Source: Laetmonice hystrix | Taxonomy: Eukaryota | NCBI GenBank assembly: GCA_965235115.1 | Contig: OZ249437.1 | Span: forward strand, 29,078,001-29,142,000 | Length of the DNA: 64,000 nt | Reading direction: 5' to 3' | Part shown: positions 12,688 to 25,943 of the stretch, one piece after another | Position numbering within the stretch: position 1 is the stretch's first letter | How the letters are laid out: each line of letters starts with the position of its first letter | The notes under the pieces: model-generated | Databases searched by the model: none | Told to the model about the DNA's origin: nothing | What the model saw: only the letters and a program-made list of their open reading frames with translations | Made by a program: the position numbers and the translations under genes

Positions 12688-13242
12688 TCAGTGAGTTTCA
12701 CGGATACAGCATAACCAGATAAACACGGTCGTGAAATATTGATGGCTTGAAAATAATCAAGTTCAAACTTAGCGTTCACTGGCTGTTGCTGAGATGGCCA
12801 ATCTAGCTACTGGTAAATGGACGTCTCGGGTTGAATTACTCACGGGCACTAGACCTCCAAGTAACTCTTATCATGAATTCTTCATCAGCAGAGACTGTCA
12901 TCTTCCTGGTGAGCAGGGTTCTCACAGAGTGGGCTTCAAGTGCAATATAAAGCAAATACACAGGAAATCGCGGTGGCCTGATATACTTTTTTAGGTGTTA
13001 TTCTCGATGCTTAGCTACTTTTTGATTTACTTTGCTGCAATAAATTTGAAACAAAAAATGCTTTTGGTGTTCGGATCATCAAAAAATAATGCAGAACCAA
13101 ATGGATGATGAAGAGTTAAAAAGCTATTTTCTTCGAGAAACATAACGCTGAAATGAAGCCTATTATTTTAAGCTCTAAAAAGGGTGGAAGTGCACTTTGC
13201 TGATTTGATGCAAAATTTTCTCACTTTATAACCAGCAATCCA

Positions 13243-14079
13243 TAATATGGGACTTCTTAGATATCTTTAAATATTAAAGATACCTGCAAATATTTACAGA
13301 TATCTGCAAATATTTACAGATATCTCCAAATGAATGGAAGATATCTTCAAATGATTTCAAGATATCTTCAAATGATTTCAAGATATCTTCAAATGATTTG
13401 AAGATATCATCAATTCTTTTAAAGATATCTCAAATTGTTGTAGGGATATCTGCAAAACAATTTAAGCTATATATCGTTAATTCTATTAAAGATATCTTTA
13501 AAAGAATTACAGATATCTTCAATTGAATTACAGATACCTTCAAATGGAAATACAGATATCCACAATGCTTTGAAATAATGCCTGCTCCCCATGAAAAAAT
13601 GGCGGGAACTCTGCCTGTCGGGCACTCTGCCAGAATTTCAGAGTCAGAATCTGATGTTACTCCCGCACTGTTTGCTTAATAATTTAATTTATTACTATGA
13701 AATTGCGATAGCAACATATGAAATGAATTGTTTGCTGGAAAACTCATTTGAGCCCCAGTTATTGTGGGTTTCTACCTACAGGAGGTCAAGGCACCCTTGC
13801 ATTGGTCCGTGACGTTACTATGCTTAGGGCATGCTTTACTGAATTGGACATATCTTCAATTAGAATTAGAGATATCCACAATTCATTTACAGATATCTTC
13901 AAATCATTTTAAGATGTCTGTATAGATGCTGATTTCCAGAGATCTGTAAATGAATTGTGGATGTCTGAAAATAAATTGCGAATATCTGCGAAAGAATTGA
14001 AGATATCTTCAAATGAATTGAAGATATATCTTCAAATGAATTGAAGATATCTGAATAAAAGTACCAACGGCATCCCATA
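13243..14079. mobile_element. 837-bp non-autonomous DNA transposon, TAY..RTA termini and 6-bp TSD (IS3EU-like)
   Basis: Left end (taa)tatggga, right end tcccata; aatcca on both sides (13237-13242 and 14080-14085); both arms are built from GATATC-centred repeats. The left end has 3 extra nt relative to the right TIR. Confidence 0.65.
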
Positions 14080-15009
14080 AATCCACCAATTACGCTTGCA
14101 TAGACTATACTAGCCTAATGATCTTCATTGCCTTATATTTGCACATAACAAAAGCAGTGATATCGCGCACGCGCTGTGTGGAATCCGTATTCTAAAATAG
14201 CACAGGGGCCGACAATGTTTTCCTGCCCCCGATTACGTCAGAATTGCTGAATGACAATGCTCTAGGCGAGTAATTCAAATCGACAGTGTGATCAAATTTC
14301 GTTTAGATCCCGTAGTGACCTCTTGGGACGAGCCGTCCGTTCACCTTTAAATCATATTCAGATGTTCTTCCCCAAAAGCATATGACAGGTTTCAAAAGTT
14401 GCCTTTAGATGCAGAGGAATACCTAGACATGAAATATCTTTCTTGTACCCGGTTCGTATTAACAAACGCCACATGTCAACAATCATCAAATTATTTAAAT
14501 AAGAAAACTTCTGAGACATCTGTCAGTTTCTAGAAACATGAATTTAAAACATGTGACATTTTGGCCTGAATCGATTCTAAGTCATGCCTGCAAGGCAAAG
14601 TCAAAGTAGCCATGAGGAAGCTTGTTATTTCGGCACCAGGTTTTGTTAGCTAAAATGTCACATGTAGTCCGCTTGTCAAATGGCTTGCTGCAGGATTGGC
14701 ATTCTCTGAAGTCTAAGCCTGTCTGTGAGATCGTTCTGATCGGTCCCTCGCATGCGGTGACACAGGGACAGACCCTGCATGGAACATTGGCAGAAACACC
14801 GGAGGCGCTTTAAGACTTCCACGCCCACACTATGTGCTGTCACTGATAGTTGGGAGAGAGGGTGGTGAACATTGGCCCGCATGGATCACAACTTCCCCTC
14901 CTGCCACCCGCGGAATAGCGTCCACTGTTATTGAAAACGTAATGCATAATAATGTATAAAACCCTCTACCCTCAACCTCCTATGAATGTCGTATATCTTT
15001 CTGTTGTAG

Positions 15010-15170
15010 GACTGCTCCATCTTCATCTTCGAGAAGCGGATAGCAGACAAATTGCACAAGCCACGCCGGAGAGAGCAGGTTGCCGAAGTACTAAGAAAAG
15101 ATGTAAAACATTTGTCAAGACTGAAGCATCCAAAAATCCTCCGGGTTCTCCACCCATTAGAAGAATGCCA
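15010..15170 (+). CDS. SCYL2: SCYL2-like exon, N-lobe: DCSIFIFEKRIADKLHKPRRREQVAEVLRKDVKHLSRLKHPKILRVLHPLEEC(H)
   Basis: Acceptor tctttctgttgtag, donor ca|gtaagt, 161 nt, phase 0 to 2. It is in a different frame from the track ORF 14952-15233. Confidence 0.93.
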
Positions 15171-18100
15171 GTAAGTGACTCACAAATCAATTTGAGTCAG
15201 ATCAAAGAAGATGTGAAACCTAATAGTTTTTAGTGGTTAGTTATGGCAGAAAAATACCGTCTTTTCTCACAACCTTTAGATCTATATGGTAGATAAATCA
15301 ACCAATAATTGTCAGTACTCTCCACCGAGCTGATTCATTTCATAGTACGGCGTAGAGATTTGTCAGAATCCGTGAAGAACATTTATATGTCGGAGGAGAG
15401 TCTCAGAATGTCTACAACATTTGTGATATATATGACAGAGTAATATCCTCAATGAATGGATTTCGAGGGGAAAGATTGAGGTTAAGAGGTTTCATATCGT
15501 ATTGTCCTATCACACGTTAAATCCGACCATCCGTCAATATCAGAAGTGGAGCATAACGAGATGTTTATTATGATGTATAGCATTAGAACAAAATGTTTGC
15601 TGACCGGTGGTCAGCTGATGGAGGTATTGCCCCATAGCACACGCCGTCCAGTTGCCAGTACACCATCTAGGGACATGTTCCTCGTCAATAATCCTCCAAA
15701 AGGATACTAGCAAAACTAGGTATTTCAGCCCGAGATTTGGGGCAGCGCGTGTTTGCTGACGTGTGGGACAGTTTATAACGAGGGCGACTTTAACCTCTAC
15801 ATGTGTACCATCCTGCCTGACAGTTATTGCCCTCTTGGTACCCGCCTTCTTGACCCCATGCATGAGGGGACTACCTAATGTTGTACGGGTTAACAGATGT
15901 TAGGTGTACAGCCTGGCCCCGTCAATGCATGGCCATCCGTCTGGCGCGGGCCTGGATAAACTCGAGTTTGCCCTTTAATGCCTCACCTCCAATACCGTGG
16001 ATCCAGCCTTTTGTTATTGGAGATACTGAAAAGCCTTTGGAGTTTGGTAAAATATGGCTTGGTTTGAAATATTATAATTAGCCATATAAAGCTAGCTTTT
16101 CTACTCTACATGTTCAGATTATCCACCAAAAAGTCCCCCCCCCCTTTCTGAAATCCTTAATTCGCCACTGGGTAGCCTAACTCAGTATAGTAAACCTTAT
16201 TAAAGTAAGATCAGGAATAACGCACATGATGTATCAGGTTTTGACAAGAGAGACATTGACGACTTTGATACGTCAATTATGCTATATGAGGTACATTTGT
16301 TGCCAGTTATAATATTTTTATTTATGTAAATTATGACCAGACCGTTCGATATCTAGGTTAATAGCTCGTTCCAGTGTAAGCTAAGAAATCTCCATATATT
16401 TGGCCAGCTGGGCCATATAGAGTCAACATGAATGTGTATCTCCATGTGATCAGACTTGTTGACACCAACACTTGACCGATCCGATGACTACAAATAGCTG
16501 CTGACTTACCAGGTAATTTGCAGGATATAAAATATTGACAGCCTCATACAACTCTCAGGTCTGTTCACGCAAGTCTGCTTTCAGATTACTGCGTATGGGA
16601 ACGCAACAAACGCCGGGTTTTTTGGTGTTCAATACAGTTGCTTTTCATAGAAAAATCAGGTGCTAAAAGAATAACAATTTAAGTAGTTGTAATATCGTTT
16701 TTATAATCTTGCTGTGAACCCCAAACCAACAAACAAACAAATGACAGTTTCATTACAAACGCCTATATAGTTTCATCCCCGACGGTCATTGGATAAATCC
16801 AGACTGCCTCTATTTTAAGTATTATTTTATGATGGCTGTTGTTATGGAGAAGAATAAATTCTGATCAGTGTCTGATTAAATGGAGAGTTTACGATGGCGT
16901 GGCCAGGATGTGGCGGGGTCAGATGATTGGCTGGACGGCGCCGCCTGACCCGCCCACGACAGCCCGCCGTGGTGACATACACACTTGATAAATATCCTCG
17001 GTATAAGCGACCCACACGGCCGCCAAACAGCCACCCGCCGCCGGGTCACTAAGGTCACTAAGAGGGTTACTCTCGAGACTTGTAATGCAAACATACATTG
17101 TCCCCGGCCTGCATTTGGCTCAGGCCCCACAGACTGTGATGGATATGGACGTGCGAGCTGCGGGCTCCACTCTCTGTACTTGGTAATGAATGTAAGCTTA
17201 AGATTGATTGAAAGGTACAAAGCTGCTACATGGAGCCGCCAGTTGATGCCTGCCAGGCTAGGCTGGCATTCTCCATCTTCTCCGTGTTTATTTGGCAAAG
17301 ATGAAAATTTAACCCTGCGGCGACATCATCAGATGTAAGCGTATATGTAAATGTTCGGGCTGTCAGGGATTTTACATAATACATGTATATATCTGTCGCC
17401 ACTCGCCCAAAGTGAACATGATAATCGGGCTAGATAGATTAATTTCCTAAGGCTTATTGCAGACACTGCATTATAAATGTAGGTCTGCTATATGTTATCT
17501 ACGTGCGAGGTCCCCTATATAAACCTGAGGATCAATCTGGCTGCATCTTTCATCACTGCTGAATTATACTCGAGGCATATTATAGCCCTCAAACATGTTC
17601 ATCATATATCAAATGAAAGCTTTCTCGCATTAGTGCCTTCTAGGACAAGATCAAAGCTAGCGTTGGAACTTGCTTGTGAGATGGCAGGGAGGCCCGTCAG
17701 AGGGGGCAATCTTGTTCTCCCTGTGATCAATCTCCTACCAAAGTAACCCCTCCCTGCAGGTCAAAACAGACATGTTTAGGAAACCACACTCATATTAGGC
17801 TGCCAGACAACTTTATTACGTGTCAGCTATGTCCACTCTACCGACCAACCAGTGACCAGCCAACGGTGTAACGAAATAAGTCTAAACTGTGCCAACTCTT
17901 AGGAAATTGTGTTTTGTGGCATTTAAGAAGAGCGTGAATGAAATCCCAGGTGATCATAAAGGGGTTCAACTTCGCCGATATTGCATCAAGTGCAAGCACC
18001 ACTGGAAGCCAAGCACACTTGGGTGTTCAGATGATTGAGTCCAAACTTCATCGGGGTGCTCCTTACAGATTTGCGGTTAATGCAGCAGTAGCTTTACCGT

Positions 18101-21100
18101 GAAGCTGGCAGCATTCCGACATTTCCTGAGCTGCCGCTCTAAGCAGGCATGGCATTGACGTGTTTTATAATGTATTCCCGGCATTACTGATGGCCATAGC
18201 CGACGTCTGAGTAACGTGCTGCAAGCAAGCTTACAGCCGCTACTCAGGCGTTACATTCAAGTACCCGTTACAAGCATTGGAGCAACGCGGACGGGCCTGC
18301 GTTTTCCTTACAGACGGAAATGGACGAACTCATTCAGGCAGATGTTCTGTTTCTCCATCAATTCTACTACTGTTTTTCTTCTGAAAGCAGATATTCCTTA
18401 AATTACTACCTTATTGACAAATTTTGTGCAAAGAAAGTTACGTCTTTCATGCAATATTGTTGCAGTGAGTGGTCATCTTTTGTAAGCGGAAATATTGAAA
18501 GTCAGCTGTCCGCACTGTGTTTCCAGACACATTCTCGTGATGGCATGCAAGTAGCTGAAAGGCTTTGCATACAATATCTTGTTTTATTCATGCAGCAGCT
18601 TTCTCAAAAACTGTCTAGATTGAACAAATCCCAGGTGCAAACCTGAACAGTTCTCTCACAGTTGCTGACAGTGACAGTCAGGTAGTGGCGAGACTTTCAG
18701 ACTGCAAGTCCTCCAGACAGGTGATTGCGTGGGCAGACCAGTTGAAGCAATCTCCAACATGAGGACCAGCCGCAAGACCCCCCACCAGCAGAAAGCAAGA
18801 AACAATCAGATGTACAAAAACGTTGGTCAAGTCCTCCGTCAGGGCTATACCCATTGTAACCCTTTCTTTGCAAATATTTGGTAAATTCACAGACTGTCAG
18901 GTGAGAAACTGAGGAACAGACCAGCGCAGCTCTCCTAGACTGCACCAGTATGCACCATTTCAAATATAGAATTCAAAATTTTCTGGGGAGGGGAATAGCA
19001 GTTAGGAACAAGGTGTGATAGCCCCTGCATCAATCTCAGGCCCTGTCTATGATAATAGGCATTATGTCAATGTCAAGACTTCGCCTCATGAAAGATCGCC
19101 TTTGAATTTGATTATAAAAATAATAGCGTACATGATACACATCTCAAGGTTACTTAGATGATGCATCCTCTTTTCTGCTTATCTTAGTTTTAATAATGAA
19201 ATAAAAATACCTTTCCTTTCAAAGTAAAGAATGGTGGAAGTCTTATGCGTAATAATGAGGATAACCTAAGGATACAAATAAATCTACATGAGAACTTGGG
19301 ACATCGCACTTCCAAGTTGTCATATCTACCTACCATTGAGGAGACATTTATTCCCGATTACCAAGTTACCAGCTTTTAACGCAGCACTCCAATGTAATAA
19401 AAAACACCCCAAAAACCGTTCATTTGTAGCTGCTACTTATTGAGTCAAAAAGTATTTATTTATAATGAGCAAATGAAGATGCATGACTCTCTCCTCCTGT
19501 CACATTCACTCTGTATAAAACGTCTCATATAGATGTAATTTTCTGCTGTAGACTTTCTCATCTTTCAGACGAATGGCCCTTGACTGCGGAGGTAGTAGAA
19601 ACTGACAATACCAATAAGTGATAGGATGTGGAGGCACGGTTTCATTTTCAGTCAAAGGGCATGGTTAGCCAACTACATCTCGGGTTCCCAATATCGCGAT
19701 CATTGTTTGGGGCAATGACAGCGCCGCCCTTCCTAGCTTTTGTTATTGTTCAGCCTGATGAGCATGACCTAACAATCTGAAAAGCAATTGCTGTTTTTAG
19801 CTGGGATGAAAGTTCATTCTGAAAAACTGGAACGCAATTAATGGACGGTTTGGTGAGCTACTCCTGCCGTCGGAAACAAAAACAAGAAACGGTTAAAACA
19901 AAACTATGAGAAGATGGGTTGTGTAAACCGCTAGTTGCCTCTTGTCTGACCCTTGTCGGAGAAGTCGTAACCTGCCATTGGTGAGACCACAAAGCGGTTA
20001 ATCTCACCTGCTGGTTCCAAGCGGTACTCGGTGAACATTACTTGTTTCTAGCTATCAGCTTAACCCCTATCAGTACAGCTTTGTACATCTTTCCTTGAAA
20101 CCAAGATTTTGTCAATGCGAGTGTGTATTTTGAAGGTCCTCATGGCTAAGTGTCACATAGTTGAAGATGGGAATTTTGGACCAGAAGCCTGTGTCATTAA
20201 CTGTCCATAATCAACGTAGACCTGACAAATGGTATCAGGCAAGTTCTAAAATAACGTTATCCATATACAGAAGGGCTCTTTTGTCACGGGAGGACACTAA
20301 CTGACGGGTGATTGAACGAATTCCAGGCCGAAAGACGATATACATATCATAACAGACACAGACGAACAGAGCCACTGAGATGATCTTTTCTGTGCAGATG
20401 TTTCTGGCGTGTCTCACGTGTAACTGAAGACCATGGCATACGGTTAGAGTCAGAGTCTCCTTTTAAATGGTTCAGTGTAGAAGCATTGTGATCAGATCCT
20501 TTAACATTACACTCAGCATTTGGTACAGAACGGCCTTGTGAGTAAAACCAGTTCTCCGATCGAACAATTATCGGCAGTCCTTTTTAGCCCTGAATGCACC
20601 TGTCAACAATGGTGCGCCCTTTAAGAGGCTTACTGGTGGGTTCGTGTCATTCTCAATGGCTTTTTACTTTACATTAAGCCACCATCAGCGTGGGACAAGC
20701 TCGGAATAACTTGACGAAAAAAAAACGGAGAACAAAAATCAAGGAAACCGAGGAAATGATTTCCAAGGTTTAGTTAACAGAATCCACAGGTATTCATTGC
20801 ACACTGCAGTGCAGATAGACATTGCCTGTCTGACGCATTACATAAATTTTCTGTCAGAATCCAGCAGTTTATGTGTAGGCAGAGCAGCACAGTGAAGGCT
20901 GGACTTTTAGGGCAGATATTTTCTTTATAAATTGACTGATCACTCTGACTCTGAGTCTTCTTTGGCGTCTCCGTTATGCTGTATGTGTGTGTGGGGGGGG
21001 GGGGGGGTAGACGCTCGCCTCGCTTCCACATAGGGACTGGTTGTATGTATATCGGCTAGCTTTTTGTAAACTAGTGGATCAACCAGATCGTTTTGTTCCA

Positions 21101-24100
21101 CTTATGTCATGTCTGTTTAAACAGTGAAACAGTCTCGTAGAAATGCTTTAATCAACAATAATTGGTGAAGATCTTTTACGGTCCATTCCATTCACATTAC
21201 ATCATTGAAATGTCATAAATATAATGGATGGTAAAACGGTTAAACAAAGAGGAAAAACTGGACTTGGCAATGGATAGTTGCAAGTTGGACGTTTGAATGA
21301 GTTTGAATGCTCCACACGGCCAAGAAAAAAAATAAACTTTTAGCTTACTCTACAAATCAGACTGTTGACTTCGAAATAAAGGTTCAGAAAGTACATGCGT
21401 ACTAAGGAGAAAAATAATGTTTTTATAAACTTTGCAAGTGCGGTAACTTTGTGAGTTTGCTTTTGATGGATTTCGGTGTGTAGATATCAAAGGGATGTTT
21501 TATGTTTAATCCGCGTATTTCTCGTAATCAGCGAGGATTTTTAATTCTGGTGTACACCCAACGTAACTGTTGTTTCCGTAACTGAGCTCGGGAATAAATA
21601 AGACTAATATTACGATATCCATCGATTTGTAAATCAAATAGACCTACATGCGCATGCATTGTCAGAGATTTCCCCTATCTCCCGTGTGTATATTTCTATC
21701 AGTTATTTCATCTCGAGGCACAGATCAGCAGGTCGGGATGGGGAGGGGGCGGAGGGTGTTCAGACAGGGATTCTGTTTTTGCCAATGTAATTTGCGATAA
21801 CGTTTCAATAACATGACGATTTAGGGCCTACTCCATAAAACCGGCATGCTCCTCCAAACTAATGAAATTCAGAAAGTTGAAAGTGTATCTCGATAGTAGA
21901 AATCATACGGCCATTAAGTGGGAGGCGGAGGTTATAGGGAGGCAGGGACAGTGGACCGGCGCCAGCCGGGAGGCTAAGGCTGAGGTCGACACGAGTTTAA
22001 ACTCATTGCCTGAATCACTTCCGCTGTCAGATCACGGACCGCACAGAGGGACTGGGGAATATTGCCACTTCATTTTTACTGACTGAATTACGATAGATTT
22101 ATTGTATAAACTGTATGTCTATCGATTCGAAATGATTACGCCGCGATGTTTCAACTGAGAAACAAGAGTCGATAATGTGGTAATAGTATGGGGACAGGGA
22201 ATATGCGGAATCAGGAGATTATTAATTACTAGCACGTGGTAGGCCTATCCGTTGATAGACGACAGGTCACTAGCTGCTGGGGATCCCCACTAGGTGGCCG
22301 CTGATGGACCCCAGGCGCACTACCCCGGATGTTTATGTCCAAGCGTTACGGTCCCATTATAAAGCTCCATTGAAAGCGTTACGGGGCTGGGGTGGGTGAG
22401 GTGTCAGATTCTGGTCAGAATAGCGTTACGTAATTTATGGACTGCCCCTAAGGGCATCTTCACGGCTAACTTTTGAATGTATATCAAGGAATTATTGTAA
22501 ATGTATCTAACAATACTATTGAATCAAGAGCCAGTCTGAATTAGGTAGTCAGAGGAACAGTCCCTTTATTCTTATTGCAAAATAAGGTTTATATTTTTAC
22601 AATTAATTTAAGTTCTTTTCATCAGTCATACAAAGAGTATTCCAGGCGAATGACAATAATAACGAGTGAATATTTTGTATTACTGTTTGTAAAATATTGT
22701 AACTCCATGATTCGCCATCTTACTGTGGTATTGAATTTTCTTGAATGACAAATTCCGACACATGAGATAACTATTATTACATTAGTGGCCTATAAAACAG
22801 TGTTTCGCTCTTACAGGACAACGTTATGCCCCCAGTCCCTAGGCCAGCGTTCAGACCTGACTGCCCCTAGTTCTGTACCACGTTATGCCCCCAGTCCCTA
22901 GGCCAGCGTTCAGACCTGACTGCCCCTAGTTCTGTACAACGTTATGCCCCCAGTCCCTAGGCCAGCGTTCAGACCTGACTGCCCCTAGTTCTGTACCACG
23001 TTATGCCCCCAGTCCCTAGGCCAGCGTTCAGACCTGACTGCCCCTAGTTCTGTACCACGTTATGCCCCCAGTCCCTAGGCCAGCGTTCAGACCTGACTGC
23101 CCCTAGTTCCGTGGTAAACGTGGTCGCCATGTTCTGGCGAACCCTTGACACACTGACATGCATATCGTCTTCAGCTTGATGTGTGATGTCATCTTTATTG
23201 ACAGCCAACAGAAATCAACTTGTAATACAATTAACTCCTTTACGGATAATGGCGCCCCTAGCGGCACGCCAAAGATCCTATCAAGGAATTATTCCATGAA
23301 TCTGGCCGGTATTGACGTTCGTAATCATGCTCAGCGGGGGCCAAAGATGGAATGTGGCAAGGTGGAATCATTGGATATAGCCATGGCTCAATTCAATTAC
23401 TAGTGTCTCTTTAAATTTTGAGGCACAGAGCATTCTCATTCAAATTGACTCAAATGATCTCAGGCAGAAAGCAAAATGCTGTCCACACATCCTACATGTC
23501 TTTAGAGAAATACGCTTAGAAGATTACCCCCAACTCTCAGTTGGAAGACAGGTAATGGATGTTAGAATAATACTCTGAGTATGAACAATATTCCACAGTA
23601 ATTATCTTCAGGTTCACAGTGTTAAGTGTTGTGTTTCAGCGAACAAAAATTCAGACGTCTATTCACGCCGCCATTCGCGGAATGTTGTATAGAACCACTG
23701 ACACTTGTGGAGTGTGATCCGGTCAATCAGAAATTTCCATCTACCTGACAGCTGAACTATCTGATCAAGTTTAAGGGTAGGAAATGAAGCGGGAGGATGG
23801 GATATTTAACAGTCGTAGAATCGCAAATAATAAAGGTAGATTGAAAAAAAAAACACAACCAGGAGGCATTCATGGTGAGAGCCAAGGGTTTATCCAATCT
23901 GGGGGGGCTGGCAATATAGTCCTCTCCAAGACTATATCGAAAATTCCGGTGCCTAATTAAAGCTCTATTGGCGGTTAGAGTGGAGCCCGTGTACAGGCTC
24001 AACCCTCTCGACATACCTTTTAACCATTTTGTATGAACAATATAGAAAGAGATCTTACCCAAGACTGACAATAGGATTCCCCTATCTGTGCCCTAATTTG

Positions 24101-25904
24101 GACTCAACATTAGGAGCAGGATATCAGTGACACTAATGATGTTTTATCGTTGTCTTTTCAGTGACAGCCTGGCTTTTGCTACGGAGCCTGTGTTTGCCAG
24201 CCTTGGTAATCTACTGGGACACTATGAACGCATGCCCACCACCATACCTCAGGAAATCAAGGTAAGGTAGTTTTTTTATTACGTTTACATCATGCAGGCC
24301 ACATCAGACTGATTTAAACTGAACGTGATACGCTCATTATGTGAATGGCACAGTGAGATGGATGTTCCACGAGTAAAATTGATGCCTTCCATCGAAATGA
24401 CAGAAACCTGAGAAAAACGTCGTCTCATCGTGCATTATAATGTATTATTTCGCGGTGCCATTTTATGCCCAATAGGCTTGTCTGCCGGAACTAATTCAAC
24501 ATTTATGCGATCCGGCACAGCTTATTATTTACCAAGGAAGTACCGATAGTATTAAATCCATCAATTTTGTTGGTTTTTTTTTTCGTAATGAAATAATTCT
24601 GTCATTGGTAGTGGAACATAATGTGTATTCAGCGTTTGGCAAAGAGACACGAGTATTAATTGAAAGGGGTAGTCATAGAAAGGTTGATCAGTGTGGACAT
24701 GGAGAGCGAGACTGACTGAGGTGAAGGTTGTACGGAGAACAAGTAAACACCATATCCTATTAAAGCTAGTAATCTTGTCAGAAGGATCGCATTTCATTAT
24801 CTGTACAGATGAATTATAGGAGGGAGGTGGCGGTAGCCACGGTAGGCGTGTTTTACACCAGGGACAAGGCCGGCCGAGCTGTATTGGCTGGACGGGTAAA
24901 TCATGGCCAGCATGGCTCAGTCTTGTCAACGCTTTGATCCCTTCAGCCAGCGCGTTCTGTTAGCCACCACCTAGCGGGATCCAGGAAGACAAGTTTTTCC
25001 GCTGAGCCCCAGAGCCTACGCTCGGGCAGGCGCCTGTAACAGGCATTGTTTAAATATTCCTGTGTGAGGCGCTGTGTTAATGAGCGGGAACCGTCCTGAC
25101 AAACGAGCACAACGAGGCCCTCTGGCGGCCGGTCACCGGACGGACAGACAGTGAGATAGGGCACGGTGAACGAGGACGCGGCTCACGGAAGCCCGATCGG
25201 TGTCCTTAGGGTTGATTTGTGAGCATTGGCGGGTTACCCGGTGCCTTGGCCGGGGCGGCGGAAAGGGTTCACGGGAGTAAGGCAAGAAACAGAGACAAGT
25301 CACGCAACTTTGGCCAGGAGAGCTTCTCAGGCGTTGCAGACATGTAGTGGGCTTAACTATCAAACGAGCGAGGCTACCTCCCGTAGATCTCCGTCAGGAT
25401 TACATTGCTAAAAGGCAATGCCCTCGATATTCTGATCTCCGGATCGTTGTTCTAGCCTTGGGGATAGTTCCTATAGTGAATGAATGGCTAACTATGTGCT
25501 TGGAGGTTTCACACCATAGAACTGCTATTTACTCGTGATCTCACTGCAGTCATCCGACTGACCAAAATACCACTCAGTCATCCGACTGACCAAAGTACCA
25601 CTCAACCGCACACAGTCCAAGGCTCACACTAGAAAAAATGGGTATCTCTGAAGTTGCCATTTGACAGCATTGCCATGGGCCTACTAGGTTTTTACAAAAG
25701 TAACAAGCCTTAACATCTTAGCGTCTTACGTTTCCTTAGCTCGTATTATGTCAATCGTTTTCAGACATATCACTTACCGGGTACTTAGATTTAGGGGACA
25801 AACACGTCTCTTTGGAAAGAATAATGGTCTCTGCGAGGCCGTAGTTGATCTTTGTGAAATCTCCAGCCCCATCCTCCATGATTCAGTTCAGAACCATGGC
25901 AGAA

Positions 25905-25943
<39 letters not shown>

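Noticed and set aside
18280-18800. hAT-transposase-like hints (CVFLTDG, CPHCVSRHILV)
   Set aside because: The motifs are in different frames with atypical spacing and many stops; could be chance.
151-23109. Tandem arrays as CRISPR-like repeat-spacer loci
   Set aside because: Units are contiguous with no unique spacers, there are no cas-like ORFs, and the context is a eukaryotic intron.
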